From assembly GCA_030390025.1 (NCBI GenBank), contig JASTWF010000171.1, forward strand, positions 310,001 to 374,000: a stretch of DNA of 64,000 nucleotides, given 5' to 3'. Under the pieces are notes generated by a model, which saw only the letters and a list, made by a program, of their open reading frames with translations, searched no databases and was not told the DNA's origin. Positions 44,683 through 59,600 of this stretch are shown in pieces. How positions within the stretch are numbered: position 1 is the first letter of the stretch; each line of letters opens with the position of its first letter. This DNA is from Squalus acanthias. Its lineage: Eukaryota. Made by a program: the position numbers and the translations under genes.

Positions 44683-47600
44683 CTGGAATAGAGACGTGAA
44701 CACGGTTAATCTGGTCTGGGATTACCTGGACTTTCACTGGAGTCATCGCTGGACATTTAAGCACAGGTGCAAGGATCCTCCCAATATGTAGTCTGATCCC
44801 ACCTGCACGAAATCTCCCGTAACACCAGCTTTGGGAATGTCCTGCAACCCCCATCCAGGACTAAGGCTGCCGCCACCTGGTACTGAGGCACAAGTCCCTC
44901 GTCCAGCCAGTCTCCCTCGCATAAGAACATAAGAAATAGGAGCAGGAGTCGGCCATTTGGCCCTTCGAGCCTGCTCCGCCATTCAATAAGATCATGGCTG
45001 ATCTTCCACCTCATCTCCACTTTCCTGAACTATCCCCATATCCCTAGATTTCCTTAATATCCAAAAATCTATCGATCTCTGTCTTGAATATACTCAACTA
45101 CTGAGCCTCCACAGCCCTCTGGGGTAGAGAATTCCAAAGATTCACCACCCTAAGTAGTTCATAGCCTATCTAATAGAGGGAGGTTCTGATTGGTGGGTAG
45201 CTGTTGAGTGTTTCTTGTTAAGTTTATTTCTGCTAAATTACCTCCAAAGTCTGGTAAATAGAGGCATGGCAGGGCAGCTCAGTCCCGTGATTTGCACATC
45301 CTGTGGCATGTGGGAAATCCTGGATGCTTCTTGCGACCTGAACGACCACGTGTGCAGGAAGTGTCACCAACTGCAGCAACTCGAGCTCTGGGTTTCAGAG
45401 CTTGAGCGGCAGCTGGAGTCACTTCAGTGCATCCGCGAGGCTGAGAAATACTAGGAAAGCACGTTTTTAGAAGTGGTCACCCCACAGCCTCAGAATGTGC
45501 AGGCAGAGAGGGAATGGGTGACCACCAAACAGAGAAGGAGGACCAGGCAGGTAGGGCAGGAATCCCCGGAGTGCATCTCGCTCGCTAACCGGTTCACAGA
45601 TCTGGAAACTGGTGGGGGTGATGGCTCCTCTGGGGAGAGCAGCCAGAGCCAAGGCCACGGCACCACGGAGCTGCACAGGGGGGGAGGAAGAAGAGTGGAA
45701 GAGCAATAATGATAGGGGATTCGTTGGTTAGGGGAACAGATGGGCGTTTCTGTGGACGCAGACGTGACTCCAGGATGGTATGTTGCCTCCCTGGTGCCAG
45801 GGTCAAGGATGTCACTGAGCGACTGCAGGAAACTCTGAGGGGGGAGGGTGAACAGCCAGAGGTCGTTGTCCATATTGGTACCAATGACATAGACAGAAAG
45901 AGGGATGAGGTCCTGCAGGCAGACAAGAGGGAGTTAGGAAAGTGATTAAAAAGCAGGACCTCAAAGGTAGTAATCTCCAGATTACTCCCGGTGCCACATG
46001 CTAGTGAGTACAGGAGTAGAAGGATAGACAGATAAATACGTGACTGGAGAGATGATGCAGGAGGGAGGGCTTTAGATTCCTGAGGCATTGGGACCATTTC
46101 TGGGGAAGGTGGGACCTGTACAAGCCGGACGGGTTACACCTCAACAGAGCCGGGACCAATATTCTAACGGGGAAGTTTGCTAGTGCTGTTGGGGAGGGTT
46201 TAAACTAGCTTGGCAGGGGGTTGGGCACCAGCATATAGGAGTAGAAAAGAGGAATAAGGTGCATAAAAGAGTGAGTGTGTTGGATAGTACTAGAGAGGTA
46301 GTATTAGAGGCGGTAGGTGTACCATATTAGATAGGAGCAGACTAAGAAAGACTACAAAAACTTCAAAAATGGGTTTAGAATGCATGTACGTAAACGCACA
46401 AAGTGTGGTGAATAAGCTTGGTGAGCTACAAGCACAATTAGCCGTGTGGCAATATGATGTCGTGGCAATAACAGAAACGTGGCTTAAAAACGATGAGGAC
46501 TGGGCACTTAATATTCCAGGGTACAAGGTGTTCAGAAAAAATAGGGAAGGAAAAAAGGGAGGTGGGGTGGCAATGCTGATTAAGGAAGACATTGTAGTGT
46601 TGGAAAGGGAGGATGTTCTTGAGGGGACAAGGACAGAATCCATTTGGTCAGAGTTGAGGAGCAAAAAGGGTATGATCACGCTATTGGGGGTATTCTACAG
46701 GCCTCCAAATAGTGAGAGGGAGGTTGATGAGCAAATCTGCAGGGAAATTGCAGAGATATGCAAGAGCTATAGGGCCAGAAATTCGGCTCCCTGGCTTCCC
46801 GCGGGTGCAAGGATCGCGCGCGCACCTACCTACCGCGCCTGCCGTTGACCTCTGGGCCCACGGGGACTTCGGCTCCTGGGCCTCCTCCAACTGCCGGCGC
46901 GCAGTGCTTGTGTATCCCAGGGGCGTCGTTAGTGCGATGCGTCCCCTGGGATCACGTGGGCCATGGAGAGCCAATGGCAGCAGACCATCTTTCATTCATA
47001 GATTTGAGAGGAAGACCTGTCAAATCTATGAATACAGATTGGCCCCAAAACATCCTTAAAACTACAAATAAATTTAAAAAAAACATCACATTTTTAAAAT
47101 AACTATAAATTACATTAATTAACTATTTTAAACAAAAATTTTAATTTTTGAAAAAATTAATTACATTTTTTAACGGGACTAAAACTAAACTTACCTTTCT
47201 TTAAAGTAATTAAAAAAGATAAATCTGTGAAAAAAATGTTTACATTTTAATAAAATCAACACTTACCTTGTTAAAAGAAGGCCTTGCGCATCCTTTTCTA
47301 AAGTGTATCTTCTCCGTGCTTACCTTCACGGAGGAACCTGTAAAAAAAACCCGAAGCGCGAGGCGAACGCGCTGGTCCTCTAGCGTGCGCGTTCGACCTC
47401 TGAACCCCTTTCCTCAGGGGAACGGAAGTGCTGGTTTCCCGCGCATGCACAGTGCATGCAAGAAACCGGCACTTTCGTTCCATCCACGGGTGAGTACACA
47501 GTGCATACTCACCCGACAACAGCCGAATTTCTGCCCCATAGAGTGGTGATATTGGGGGACTTTAATTACCCAAATATCGATTCGGATAATGCTAGGGTAA

Positions 47601-50600
47601 AGGGAAAGGAGGGGGAGGAATTTCTGAATTGTGTTCAGGAGAATTTCCTTGAACAATATGTTCTTGGCCCAACTAGGAAGGAGGCATTGCTGGATCTGGT
47701 GCTGGGGAATGAGGTGGGCCAGGTCGACCAAGTGTCTGTGGGAGAACACTTGGGTACGAGTGATTATCGTATCATAAGATTTAGATTAGCAATGGAGAGG
47801 AGCAAGGAACAATCTAGACTGGAACTTCTAAACTGGAAAAGGGCTAACTTCAATGGGATGCGAAAGGATCTAGCCAGAGTAAAATGGAACCAAAGACTGA
47901 CAGGAAAAACTGTAACGGAACAATGGGAGATCTTTAAGGAGGAGATGTTCCAAGTACAGGCTAGGTACATTCCAACAAGATGGAAGGGTGAGGGAACCAA
48001 AACAAGGGCTCCTTGGATGATGAGGGGAGATAGAGAAGATGATGAAACAAAAAAAGAGGGTGTATGATGAATATCTGCCAAAGAAGAGAAGAAGATAAAA
48101 GGGAACCCAAAAATCTTCTTCCGGCATGTAAACAGTAAGCGGGTAGTAAGAGGTGGGGTGGGCTCTATTAGGGACAAAGAAGGTGATATATGCTTAGAGG
48201 CGCAGGGCAAGGCTAGAATACTCAATGAGTACTTTCTATTACTAAGGAGGTGGATGCTGACAAAATATCAGTAGAAGTGGAAAAGGTAGAAGCAATGGAA
48301 GGGGTGAAAATTGATAGACAGGATGTACTAGAAAGGCTGGGTATGCTTAGAGTGGATAAGTCGCCTGGTCCAGATGGCTTGCATCCCAGGTTGCTAAGGG
48401 AATTGCGGGAGGAGATAGCGGATTGGAAAGTGGCAAGTGTGACACCATTGTTCAAGAAAGGGTGTAAGGACAATCCTAGTAACTACAGTTTAACATCAGT
48501 GGTGGGTAAAGTTTTAGAATCAATAATCAAGGAAAAAATTAACGGGCACTTGAAGAGGTTTAAGCTAATTAAGGAGAGCCAACACGGATTTGTAAAAAGC
48601 ATATCGTGTTTGACTAATCTAATTGAATTTTTTGATGAAGTAACAGGGAGGATTGATTAAGGGAATGCAATGGATGTTGTCTACATGGATTTTCAGAAGG
48701 CGTTTGACAAAGTACCACATAGAAGGCTGGTTAACAAAATTGAGACTCATGGAATAGGTGGGTTAGTGGCAGCTTGGATAAGGAATTGGCTTAAGGACAG
48801 AAAACAGCGAGTTGTGGTAAATGGCTGTTTTTCAGACTGGAGGATGGTAGACAGTGGCGTTCCCCAAGGGTCAGTGCTGGGGCCACTGCTTTTTTGATCT
48901 ATACATAAATGACCTGGATATTGGAATACAGAGTAGAATTTCTAAATTTGCTGATGTCACCAAACTTGGGGGTGTGGCAAACAGTGATGATGATACCAAT
49001 CGACTGCAACAGGACATAGAAAGGCTAGCAGAATGGGCAGACAAGTGGCAGATGGAATTTAATACAGAGAAGTGTGAGATGATGCATTTTGGCAGAAGGA
49101 ACAGGGAGAGGCAATATACACTTAATGGCACAGTTTTAAAGGGTGTGCAGGGACAGAGAGACCTGGGAATTAATGTGCAGAGGTCCCTGAAAGTGGCGGG
49201 ACGTATTGAGAGAGTGGTTAGCAAAGCATATGGGATCTTGGGCTTCATAAATAGAGGTATTGAGTACAAAAGTAGAGAAGTTATGCTGAACCTTTATAAC
49301 ATGTTGGTTAGGCCACAACTGGGGTATTGCGTCCAGTTCTGGTCACCACACTTTAGGAAGGATGTGAAGGCACTTGAGAGGGTGCAGAGGAGATTTACCA
49401 GAATGGTTCCGGGGATGGGGGATCTTAGCTACAAGGACAGGTTGGAGAAGCTGGATTTGTTTTCATTAGAGCAAAGGAGATTGCGGGGTGATTTGATAGA
49501 GGTGTACAAGATTATGACGGGTTTGGATAGGCTAGACGGGAAAGGCTGTTCCCACTAGTTGATGGTAAAAGGACTAGGGGACACAGATTTAAGGTTTAGG
49601 GCAAGAGATACAGGGGGGATGTGAGGAAAAAAAATTTTACGCAGCGAGTGGTGAGGACCTGGAACTCGCTGCTGACGGAAGTGGTGGAAGCAGAGACACT
49701 CAATGTTTTCAAGGGGAGACTGGATAGGCACTTGAGGAAAATAAACTTGCAGGGCTACGGGGATAGAGCAGGGGAAATGGGACTGACTCGATTGCTCTAC
49801 AGAGAGACGGCGTGGACTCGATGGGCCGAGTGGCCTCCTTCTGTGCCGTTATGACTCTATGACTCTGAATGAAGACATTTCTCCTCAACTCAGTTCTAAA
49901 TGGCCATCCCCTTATTCTGAGACTGTGACCCCTGGTTTTAGACTCCCCAGCCAGGGGAAACATCCTCCCTGCATCTACCCTGTCAAGCCCTGTAAGAATT
50001 TTGTATGTTTCAATGAGATCACCTCTCATTCTTCTAAACTCCAGAGAATATAGGCCTAGTCTACTCAATCTCTCCTCATAGGACAATCCCCCCATCCCAG
50101 GAACCAGTCTGCTGAGTCTTCGTTGCACTCCCTCTATGGCAAGTATATCCTTCCTTAGGTAAGGAGACCAAAACTGTGTACAATGCTCCAGGTGTGGTCT
50201 CACCAGGGCCCGATATAATTGCAGTAAGACCTCTTTACTCTTATACTCAAATCCTCTTGTAATAAAGGCCAACATACCATTTGCTTTCCTAATTGCTTGC
50301 TGTACCTGCATATTAACTTTCAGTGATTCATGTACAAGGACAACCAGGTCTCTCTGAACACCAACATTTCCCAATCTCTCACATTTAAAAAATACACTGA
50401 TTTTTTGTTTTTCCTACCAAAGTGGATAACTTCACACTTCTCCACGTTATATTCCATTTGCCGTGTTCTTGCCCACTCACTTAGCCTGTCTATATCCCCT
50501 TGAAGCCTCCTTGCATCCTCCCAGGAGACTCACTCCTCCACATGGACCAGGTGAGAATAGCTCAAACAGCACAGGCCTGGGATGGAGCCCGGGTCTTTCC

Positions 50601-53600
50601 TGCTCTGTGTAAGGGGCTCAGTATAACACCTGGTGCGACATTTATCCACAGAATAATTGGAAATCCTCCCTAAACCTTCACACTAATACCTCTCACTCAC
50701 TATCTCCGATCATAGAAGCAGGGCGGCAGTAAGTTAGCTGCCAAGACTGCCGCGCGCTCCTGAGCAGGCAACTCACCCGAGCGGCTAACACCTCTCGCCC
50801 GAGCGGGTAACTCCTCTCACCCGAGCGGGTAACTCCTCTCACCCGAGCGGGTAACTCCTCTCACCCGAGCGGGTAACTCCGCTCACCCGAGCGGGTAACT
50901 CCGCTCACCCGAGCGGGTAACTCCGCTCACCCGAGCGGGTAACTCCGCTCACCCGAGCGGGTAACTCCGCTCACCCGAGCGGGTAACTCCTCTCACCGGA
51001 GCGGATAACTCCACTCACCCGAGCGGGTAACTCCTCTCACCCGAGCGGGTAACTCCACTCACCCGAGCGGGTGACTCCTCTCACCCGAGCGGATAACTCC
51101 ACTCACCCGAGCGGGTAACTCCTCTCACCCGAGCGGGTAACTCCTCTCACCCGAGCGGGTAACTCCGCTCACCCGAGCAGGTAACTCCTCTCACCCGAGC
51201 AGGTAACTCCTCTCACCCGAGCGGGTAACTCCACTCACCCGAGCGGGTAACTCCACTCACCCGAGCGAGTAACTCCTCTCACCCGAGCAGGTAACTCCAC
51301 TCACCCGAGCGGGTAACTCCTCTCACCCGAGCGGGTAAATCCGCTCACCCGAGCGGGTAACTCCACTCACCCGAGCGGGTAACTCCGCTCACCCGAGCGG
51401 GTAACTCCTCTCACCCGAGCGGGTAACTCCACTCACCCGAGCAGGTAACTCCAGCGTCCTTTCTGTGTGAGCAGTTATTGACACCTGATGGGTTGGCAGT
51501 GCACTGATCGAGGGCAGGCTCTGTCCCAAGACACTTCACATCATCCAACCAGATGTCCGCAGTCCCCTCTCCATAGTAGGCGGGTCTTGTTGCTGACAGG
51601 GCCGTCCCACAGTTCAACAGTCTGCAGACCACACTCGCTGCGTTTAGATTCCAGCCATCGTCACAGACGGTCCCCCAGATGGATTTACGAAAGACCTCAA
51701 CTCTCCCGGAGCACATGTTGGTCCCGTTCACCAGCCGTACAGGCACCGGACCTGGAATAGAGACGGGAACACGGTTAATCTGGACTGGGATTACCTGGAC
51801 TTTCACTGGAGTCATCGCTGGACATTTGGGCCGAGGATGTTAGGCTCCTCCCAACAGTAGTCAGCACAGTTTGAGTTTATGAACACAGGAACAGTAGGAG
51901 GCCATTCAGCCCCTCGAGCCTGATCCGCCATTCAATTAGATTATGGCTGATCTGCATCTTAACTCCTTTTACCAGTCTTGGTTCCATAATCCTTAATACC
52001 CTTGCCTAAGAAAAATCTATCAATCTCAGTTTTCAAATTTCCAATTGACCCCCAGCCTTTTCGGGAGCAAGTTCCAGATTTCCACTACCCTTTGTGTGAA
52101 AAAGTGCTTCTTCACATCACCCTTGAACGGCCTCGCTCTAATTGTTAGGTTATGGCCCCCCTGTTCTGGACTCTCCCATTGAGGAACTAGTTTCTCTCTA
52201 TTTATCCTATCAAATCCTTTAATCATCTCAAACACTTCGATTAGATCACCCCTTAATCTTCTGTGTTCAACGAAATACAGGCCTTGGATATACAATCTGT
52301 CTCCATAATTTAACCCTTTTAGACCCGGCATCATCTGGTGAATCTGCACTGCACTCCCTCCAAATCCAATTTATGTTACTGGACAAGTAATCCAGTAGCC
52401 CGAACTAGTAATCTAGATGCCTGGGCTCGTCACTCAGAGGCCTGGGCTAGTCATCCAGAGACCTGGGCTGGTCACTCAGTGGCCTCAGATAACACGAGGT
52501 AACTCCACTCATCCGAGCAGGGAACTCCTCTCACCCGAGCGGGTAACTCCTCTCACCCGAACGGGTAACTCCGCTCACCCGAGCAGGTAACTCCGCTCAC
52601 CCGAGCGGGTAACTCCTCTCACCCGAGCAGGTAACTCCTCTAACCCGAGCGGGTATCTCCGCTCACCCGAGCGGGTAACTCCTCTCACCCGAGCGGGTAA
52701 CTCCACTCACCCGAGCGGGTAACTCCACTCACCCGAGCGGGTAACTCCGCTCACCCGAGCAGGTAACTCCACTCACCCGAGCGGGTAACTCCGCTCACCC
52801 TAGCAGGGAACTGCACTCACCCGAGCGGGTAACTCCGCTCACCCTAGCAGGGAACTCCACTCACCTGAGCAGGTAACTCCGGCGTCCTTGCTGTGTGTAC
52901 AGGTATTGACACCCGATGGGTTTGCAGAGCACTGATCGAGGGCAGGCTCTGTCCCGTTACACCTCACATCATCCAACCAGATGTCCCCAGTCCCCTTTCC
53001 ATAGTAGGCGCCTCCTGTAGCTGACAGGGCCGTCCCACAGTTCAACAGTCTGCAGACCACACTCGCTGCGTTTAGATCCCAACCATTGTCACAGACGGTC
53101 CCCCAGACGGATTTACGAAAGACCTCAACTCTCCCGGAGCACATGTTGGTCCCGTTCACCAGCTGTACGGGCACCGGACCTGGAATAGAGACGGGAACAC
53201 GGTTAATCTGGTCTGGGATTACCTGGACTTTCACTGGAGTCATCGCTGGACATTTGGTGCTATCTGTCAGGCTCCTCCCAATATCCGGACTGATCCCACC
53301 TGCACTAACTCTCCCGTAACACCAATTTTGGGAATGTCCTGCAGCCCCCATCCGGGACTAACTGAGGCACGAACAACTCATTGAGTCAGACTCCCTCCCA
53401 GGAGACCCACTCCTCCAACAGACCCACGTGAGAAAAGCTCACACAGCACAGGCCGGAGAAGGAGCCTAGGCCTTTCATCAACAACAACTTGTATTTATAT
53501 AGTGCCTTTAACGTAGTAAAACGTCTCAAGGTGCTGCAGCACAGGAGTATTTTAAGACAAAAAATTTGACACTGAGCCACATAAGGAGAAATTAGGGCAG

Positions 53601-56600
53601 GTGACCAAAAGCTTGGTCAAAGAGGTAGGTTTTAAGGAGCATCTTAAAGGAGGAGAGAGAGGCGGAGAGGTTTAGGCAGAGAATTCCAGAGCTTAGGGCC
53701 GAGGCAACAGAAGGCACGGCCACCAAAGGTTGAGCGATTATAATCAGCGATGCTCAAGAGAGCATAATTACAGGAGTACAGATATCTCGGTGGGTTGTGG
53801 GGCTGAAGGAGATTACAGAGATAGGGAGGGGCGAGGTCATGGAGGGATTTGAAAACAAGGACGAGAATTTTGAAATCGAATCGTTGCTTAACCGGAAGCC
53901 AATGTAGGTCAGCGAGCACAGGGGAGATGGGCGAATGGGACTTGGTGCGAGTTAGGACATGGGCAGCCGATTTTTGGATGACTTCAAGTTTACATAGGGT
54001 AGAATGTGGGAAGCCAGCCAGGAGTGCATTGGAATAGTCAAGTCTAGAGGTAACAAAGGTATGGATGAGGAAGTCCTGCTCTGTGTATGGGGCTCAGTAT
54101 CACACACTGGGTGAGAACAGCTCACACAGCACGGGCTGGGGATGGAACCATGGCCTTTCCTGCTGCGTGTGTCACGGGCTCCGCACCACACCAGCTGGGA
54201 CATTTCCCCACAGAACAATTGGAGATTCTCCCTTAACCTTCACACTAATACACCTCACTCTCCCTCTCTGAACATAGCAGCAAGGCGGCAGGAAAGAAGC
54301 TGCCAATACTGCCGCGTTCACCCGAGCGGGTAACTCCTCTCACCCGAACAGGTAACTCCGCTCACCGGAACAGGTAACTCCCCTCACCCGAGCAGGTAAC
54401 TCCGCTCACCGGAACAGGTAACTCCCCTCACCCGAGCAGGTAACTCCGCTCACCCGAGCAGGTAACTCCTCTAACCCGAGCAGGTAACTCCTCTCACCCG
54501 AGCAGGTAACTCCTCTCACCCGAGCAGGTAACTCCGCTCACCCGAGCAGGTAACTCCTCTCACCCGAGCAGGTAACTCCCCTCGCCCGAGCAGGTAACTC
54601 CACTCACCCGAGCAGGTAACTCCCCTCGCCCGAGCAGGTAACTCCACTCACCCGAGCAGGTAACTCCTCTCACCGGAGCGGGTAACTCCACTCACCCGAG
54701 CAGGTAACTCCTCTCACCCGAGCGGGTAACTCCACTCACCCGAGCAGGTAACTCCTCTCACCCGAGCGGGTAACTCCACTCACCCGAGCGGGTAACTCCT
54801 CTGACCCGAGCGGGTAACTCCTCTCACCCGAGCGGGTAACTCCACTCACCCGAGCGGGTAACTCCACTCACCCGAGCAGGTAACTCCGCTCACCCGAGCG
54901 AGTAACTCCACTCACCCGAGCAGGTAACTCCCCTCACCCGAGCGGGTAACTCCACTCACCTGAGCAGGTAACTCCCCTCACCCGAGCAGGTAACTCCGCT
55001 CACCCGAGCAGGTAACTCCGCTCACCCGAGCAGGTAACTCCGCTCACCCGAGCAGGTAACTCCCCTCACCCGAGCAGGTGACTCCTCTCACCCGAGCAGG
55101 TAACTCCTCTAACCCGAGCAGGTAACTCCTCTCACCCGAGCTGGTAACTCCACTCACCCGAGCTGGTAACTACGCTCACCCAAGCGGGTAACTCCACTCA
55201 CCCGAGCAGGTAACTCCACTCACCCAAGCGGGTAACTCCACTCACCCGAGCGGGTGACTCCGCTCACCCGAGCAGGTAACTCCGCCCACCCGAGCAGGTG
55301 ACTCCACTCACCCGAGCAGGTAACTCCACTCACCCAAGCGGGTAACTCCACTCACTCGAGCGGGTGACTCCGCTCACCCGAGCAGGTAACTCCGCCCACC
55401 CGAGCAGGTGACTCCACTCACCCGAGCAGGTAACTCCACTCACCCAAGCGGGTAACTCCACTCACTCGAGCGGGTGACTCCGCTCACCCGAGCAGGTAAC
55501 TCCGCCCACCCGAGCAGGTGACTCCACTCACCCGAGCAGGTAACTCCAGCGTCCTTGCTGTGTGTGCAGTTATTGACACCTGTTGAGTTGGCAGAGCACT
55601 GATCGAGGGCAGGCTCTGTCCCAAGACACCTCACATCATCCAACCAGATGTCCCCAGTCCCCTCTCCATAGTAGGCGCCTCCTGTTGTTGACAGGACCGT
55701 CCCACAGTTCAACAGTCTGCAGACCACACTCGCTGCGTTTACATCCCAGCCATCGTCGCAGACGGTCCCCCAGATGGATGATCGATAGACCTCAACTCTC
55801 CCGGAGCACATGTTGGTCCCGTTCACCAGCCGTACGGGCACTGGACCTGGAATAGAGATGGGAACACAGTTAATCTGGTCGGGGAATACCTGGACTTTCA
55901 CTGGAGTCATCGGCTGGACATTTGGGCCGAGGATGTCAAGCTCCTCCCAATCGTGGTCAGCACAGATTGGGTTTAAGAACATAGGAACAGGAGGAGGCCA
56001 TTCAGTCACTCGAGCCTGATCTGCCATTCAATTAGATTATGGCTGATAAACTGAGTCAACCCTCCTTGGTTCTGTAATGCTTAATACTCCTGCCTAACAA
56101 AAATCTATCAATTTAAGTTTTCAAATTTCCAATTGACCCCCAGCTTTTTGGGGGAGCGAGATCCAGATTTCCACAACTCTTTGTGTGAAAAAGTGCTTCC
56201 TGACATCACCCTTGAACGGCCTCGCTAGGTTATGCCCCCCTGTTCTGGACTCTCCCATTGAGGAACTAGTTTCTCTCTATCTATCCTATCAAATCCTTTA
56301 ATCATCTCAAACACTTCGATTAGATCATCGCTTAATCTCCTGTGTTCAACAATATACAAGCCTTGGATATACAATCTGTCTCCATAATTTAACCCTTTTC
56401 GACCCGGTATCATCTGGTGAATCTGCGCTGCACTCCCTCCAAATCCAATAAATGTAACTGGACAAGTAATCCAATAGGCAGAACTAGTAATCTAGAGACC
56501 TGGGCTCGTCACCCAGAGACCTGGACTAATCACCCAGAGACCTGGGCTAGTCACCCAGAGACCTGGGCTAGTCACCCAGAGACATGGGCTAGTCACCCAG

Positions 56601-59600
56601 AGACCTGGGCTAGTCACTCAGAGACCTGGGCTAATCACCCAGAGACCTGGGCTAGTCACCCAGAGACCTGGGCTAGTCACCCAGAGACCTGGACTAGTCA
56701 CCCAGAGACCTGGGCTAGTCACCCAGAGACCTGGACTAGTCACCCAGAGACCTGGACTAGTCACCCAGAGACCTGGACTAGTCACCCAGAGACCTGGACT
56801 AGTCACCCAGAGACCTGGGCTAGTCACCCAGAGACATGGACTAGTCACCCAGAGACCTGGACTAGTCACCCAGAGACCTGGACTAGTCACCCAGAGACCT
56901 GGGCTAGTCACCCAGAGACCTGGACTAGTCACCCAGAGACCTGGGCTAATCACCCAGAGACCTGGACGAGTCACCCAGAGACCTGGACTAGTCACCCAGA
57001 GACCTGGACTAGTCACCCAGAGACCTGGGCTAGTCACCCAGAGACGTGGGCTAGTCACCCAGAGACCTGGACTAGTCACCCAGAGACCTGGGCTAATCAC
57101 CCAGAGACCTGGACTAGTCACCCAGAGACCTGGGCTAATCACCCAGAGACCTGGGCTAGTCACCCAGAGACCTGGGCTAGTCACTCAGAGACCTGGACTA
57201 GTCACCCAGAGACCTGGACTAGTCACCCAGAGACCTGGACTAGTCACCCAGAGACCTGGGCTAGTCACCCAGAGACGTGGGCTCATCACCCAGAGGCCTG
57301 GGCCACTCACCCGAGCGGGTAACTCCAATCACCCGAGCGGGTAACTCCACTCACCCGAGCGGGTAAATCCACTCACCCGAGCGGGTAACTCCTCTCACCC
57401 GAGCAGGTAACTCCACTCACCCGAGCGGGTAATTCCTCTCACCCGAGCGGGTAACTCCTCTCACCCGAGCAGGTAACTCCCCTCGCCCGAGCAGGTAACT
57501 CCACTCACCCGAGCAGGTAACTCCCCTCGCCCGAGCAGGTAACTCCACTCACCCGAGCAGGTAACTCCTCTCACCGGAGCGGGTAACTCCACTCACCCGA
57601 GCAGGTAACTCCTCTCACCCGAGCGGGTAACTCCACTCACCCGAGCAGGTAACTCCTCTCACCCGAGCGGGTAACTCCACTCACCCGAGCGGGTAACTCC
57701 TCTGACCCGAGCGGGTAACTCCTCTCACCCGAGCGGGTAACTCCACTCACCCGAGCGGGTAACTCCACTCACCCGAGCGGGTAACTCCTCTCACCCGAGC
57801 GGGTAACTCCACTCACCCGAGCGGGTAACTCCACTCACCCGAGCGGGTGACTCCACTCACCCGAGCGGGTAACTCCACTCACCCGAGCAGGTAACTCCAC
57901 TCACCCGAGCGGGTAACTCCACTCACCCGAGCGGGTAACTCCACTCACCCGTGCGGGTAACTCCTCTCACCCGAGCGGGTAACTCCGCTCACCCGAGCAG
58001 GTAACTCCTCTCACCTGAGCAGGTAACTCCAGCGTCCTTGCTGTGTGAGCAGTTATTGACCCCCAATGGGTTGGCAGTGCACTGATCGAGGGCAGGCTCT
58101 GTCCCAAGACACTTCACATCATCCAACCAGATGTTCCCAGTCCCCTGTCCATAGTAGTCGCCTCCTGTTGCTGACAGGGCCGTCCCACAGTTCAACAGTC
58201 TGCAGACCACACTCGCTCCATTTAGATTCCAGCCATTGTCGCTGACGGTCCCCCAGACGGATTTACGTTTAACCTCAACTCTCCCGGAGCACATGTTGGT
58301 GCCGTTCACCAGCCGTACGGGCACCGGACCTGGAATAGAGACGTGAACACGGTTAATCTGGTCTGGGATTACCTGGACAATCACTGGAGTCATCGCTAGA
58401 CATTTGGGCCTAGGTGTGAGGCTGCTCCCAATATCCAGACTTATCCCACCTGCACTAATTCTCCCGTAACACCAGCTTTGGGAATGTCCTGCAGCCCCAT
58501 CCGGGACTAACTCTGCCACAACCTGGTATTGAGGCACGAACACCTCATTGAGCCAGAATCCCTCCCAGGAGACACCCTCCTCCAAGAGACCCAGGTGAGA
58601 ATAGCTCACATAGCACAGGCCGGGGAATGAGCCTGGGCCTTTCCTGCTCTGTGTATGGGGCTCAGTATCCCACACTGGGTGAGAACAGCTCACACAGCCC
58701 GAGCTGGGGATGGAACCATGGCCTTGTACAGGGCCTTGGTGAGCCCACACCTGGAGTACTGTGTGCAGTTTTGGTCTCCTTACCTCGGAAAGGATATACT
58801 TGCCATAGAGGGAGTGCAGCAAAGGTTCACCAGACTGATTCCTGGGATGGCAGGACTGTCGTATGAGGAGAGACTGGGTCGACTCGGCCTGTATTCACTA
58901 GAGTTTAGAAGAATGAGGGGATCTAATTGAAATGTATAAAATTCTGACAGGGCTAGACAGACTGGATGCAGGGAGGATGTTTCCCCTGGCTGGGAGGTCT
59001 AGAACGAGGGGTCACAGTCTCAGAATACGGGGTAGGACATTTAGGACTGAGATGAGGAGAAATTTCTTCACTCAGAGGGTGGTGAACCTGTGGAATTCTC
59101 TACCACAGAAGGCTGTGGAGGCCAAGTCACTGAATATATTTAAGAAGGAGATAGATAGATTTCTAGACACAAAAGGCATCAAAGGGTATGGGGAGAGAGC
59201 AGGAATATGGTATTGAGATAGAGGATCAGCCATGATCATATTGAATGGAGGAGCAGGTTCGAAGGGCCGAATGGCCGACTCCTGCTCCTATTTTTCTATG
59301 TTTCTATGTTATCTGCTGCGTGTGTGACGGGCTCTGTACCACACCAGCTGGGACATTTCCCCACAGAACAATTGGAGATCCTCCCTTTACCTTCACACTA
59401 ACACACCTCACTCTCACTCTCTGAACATAGCAACAAGGCAGCAGTAAAGAAGCTGCCAACACTGCCGCGTTTCTCCGAGCAGGTAACTCCACTCACCCGA
59501 GCGGGTAACTCCTCTCACCCGAGCGGGTAACTGCACTCACCCGAGCGGGTAACTCCACTCACCCGAGCGGGTAACTCCATTCACCGGAGCAGGTAACACC

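Larger units (their letters stand above)
44921..50520 (-). mobile_element. CR1 3' fragment split into 44921-45150 and 49867-50520
   Basis: The two pieces join into continuous reverse-strand CR1 sequence (RRNVFIQ|RVVNLWNSLP). Confidence 0.85.

Noticed and set aside
44683-44854. Open frames extending upstream of SRCR exons, and a CAG|GTAATC donor-like site 43 nt before each acceptor
   Set aside because: A 43-nt intron is too short for vertebrates. The extension is interrupted by CR1 upstream of B and D, and a branch-like ATTAAC plus TATTCCAG defines the acceptor. A small linker exon cannot be fully excluded.
56417-57322. 301-aa (SHPETWA/T)n ORF
   Set aside because: 21-bp repeat, absent at the paralogous site
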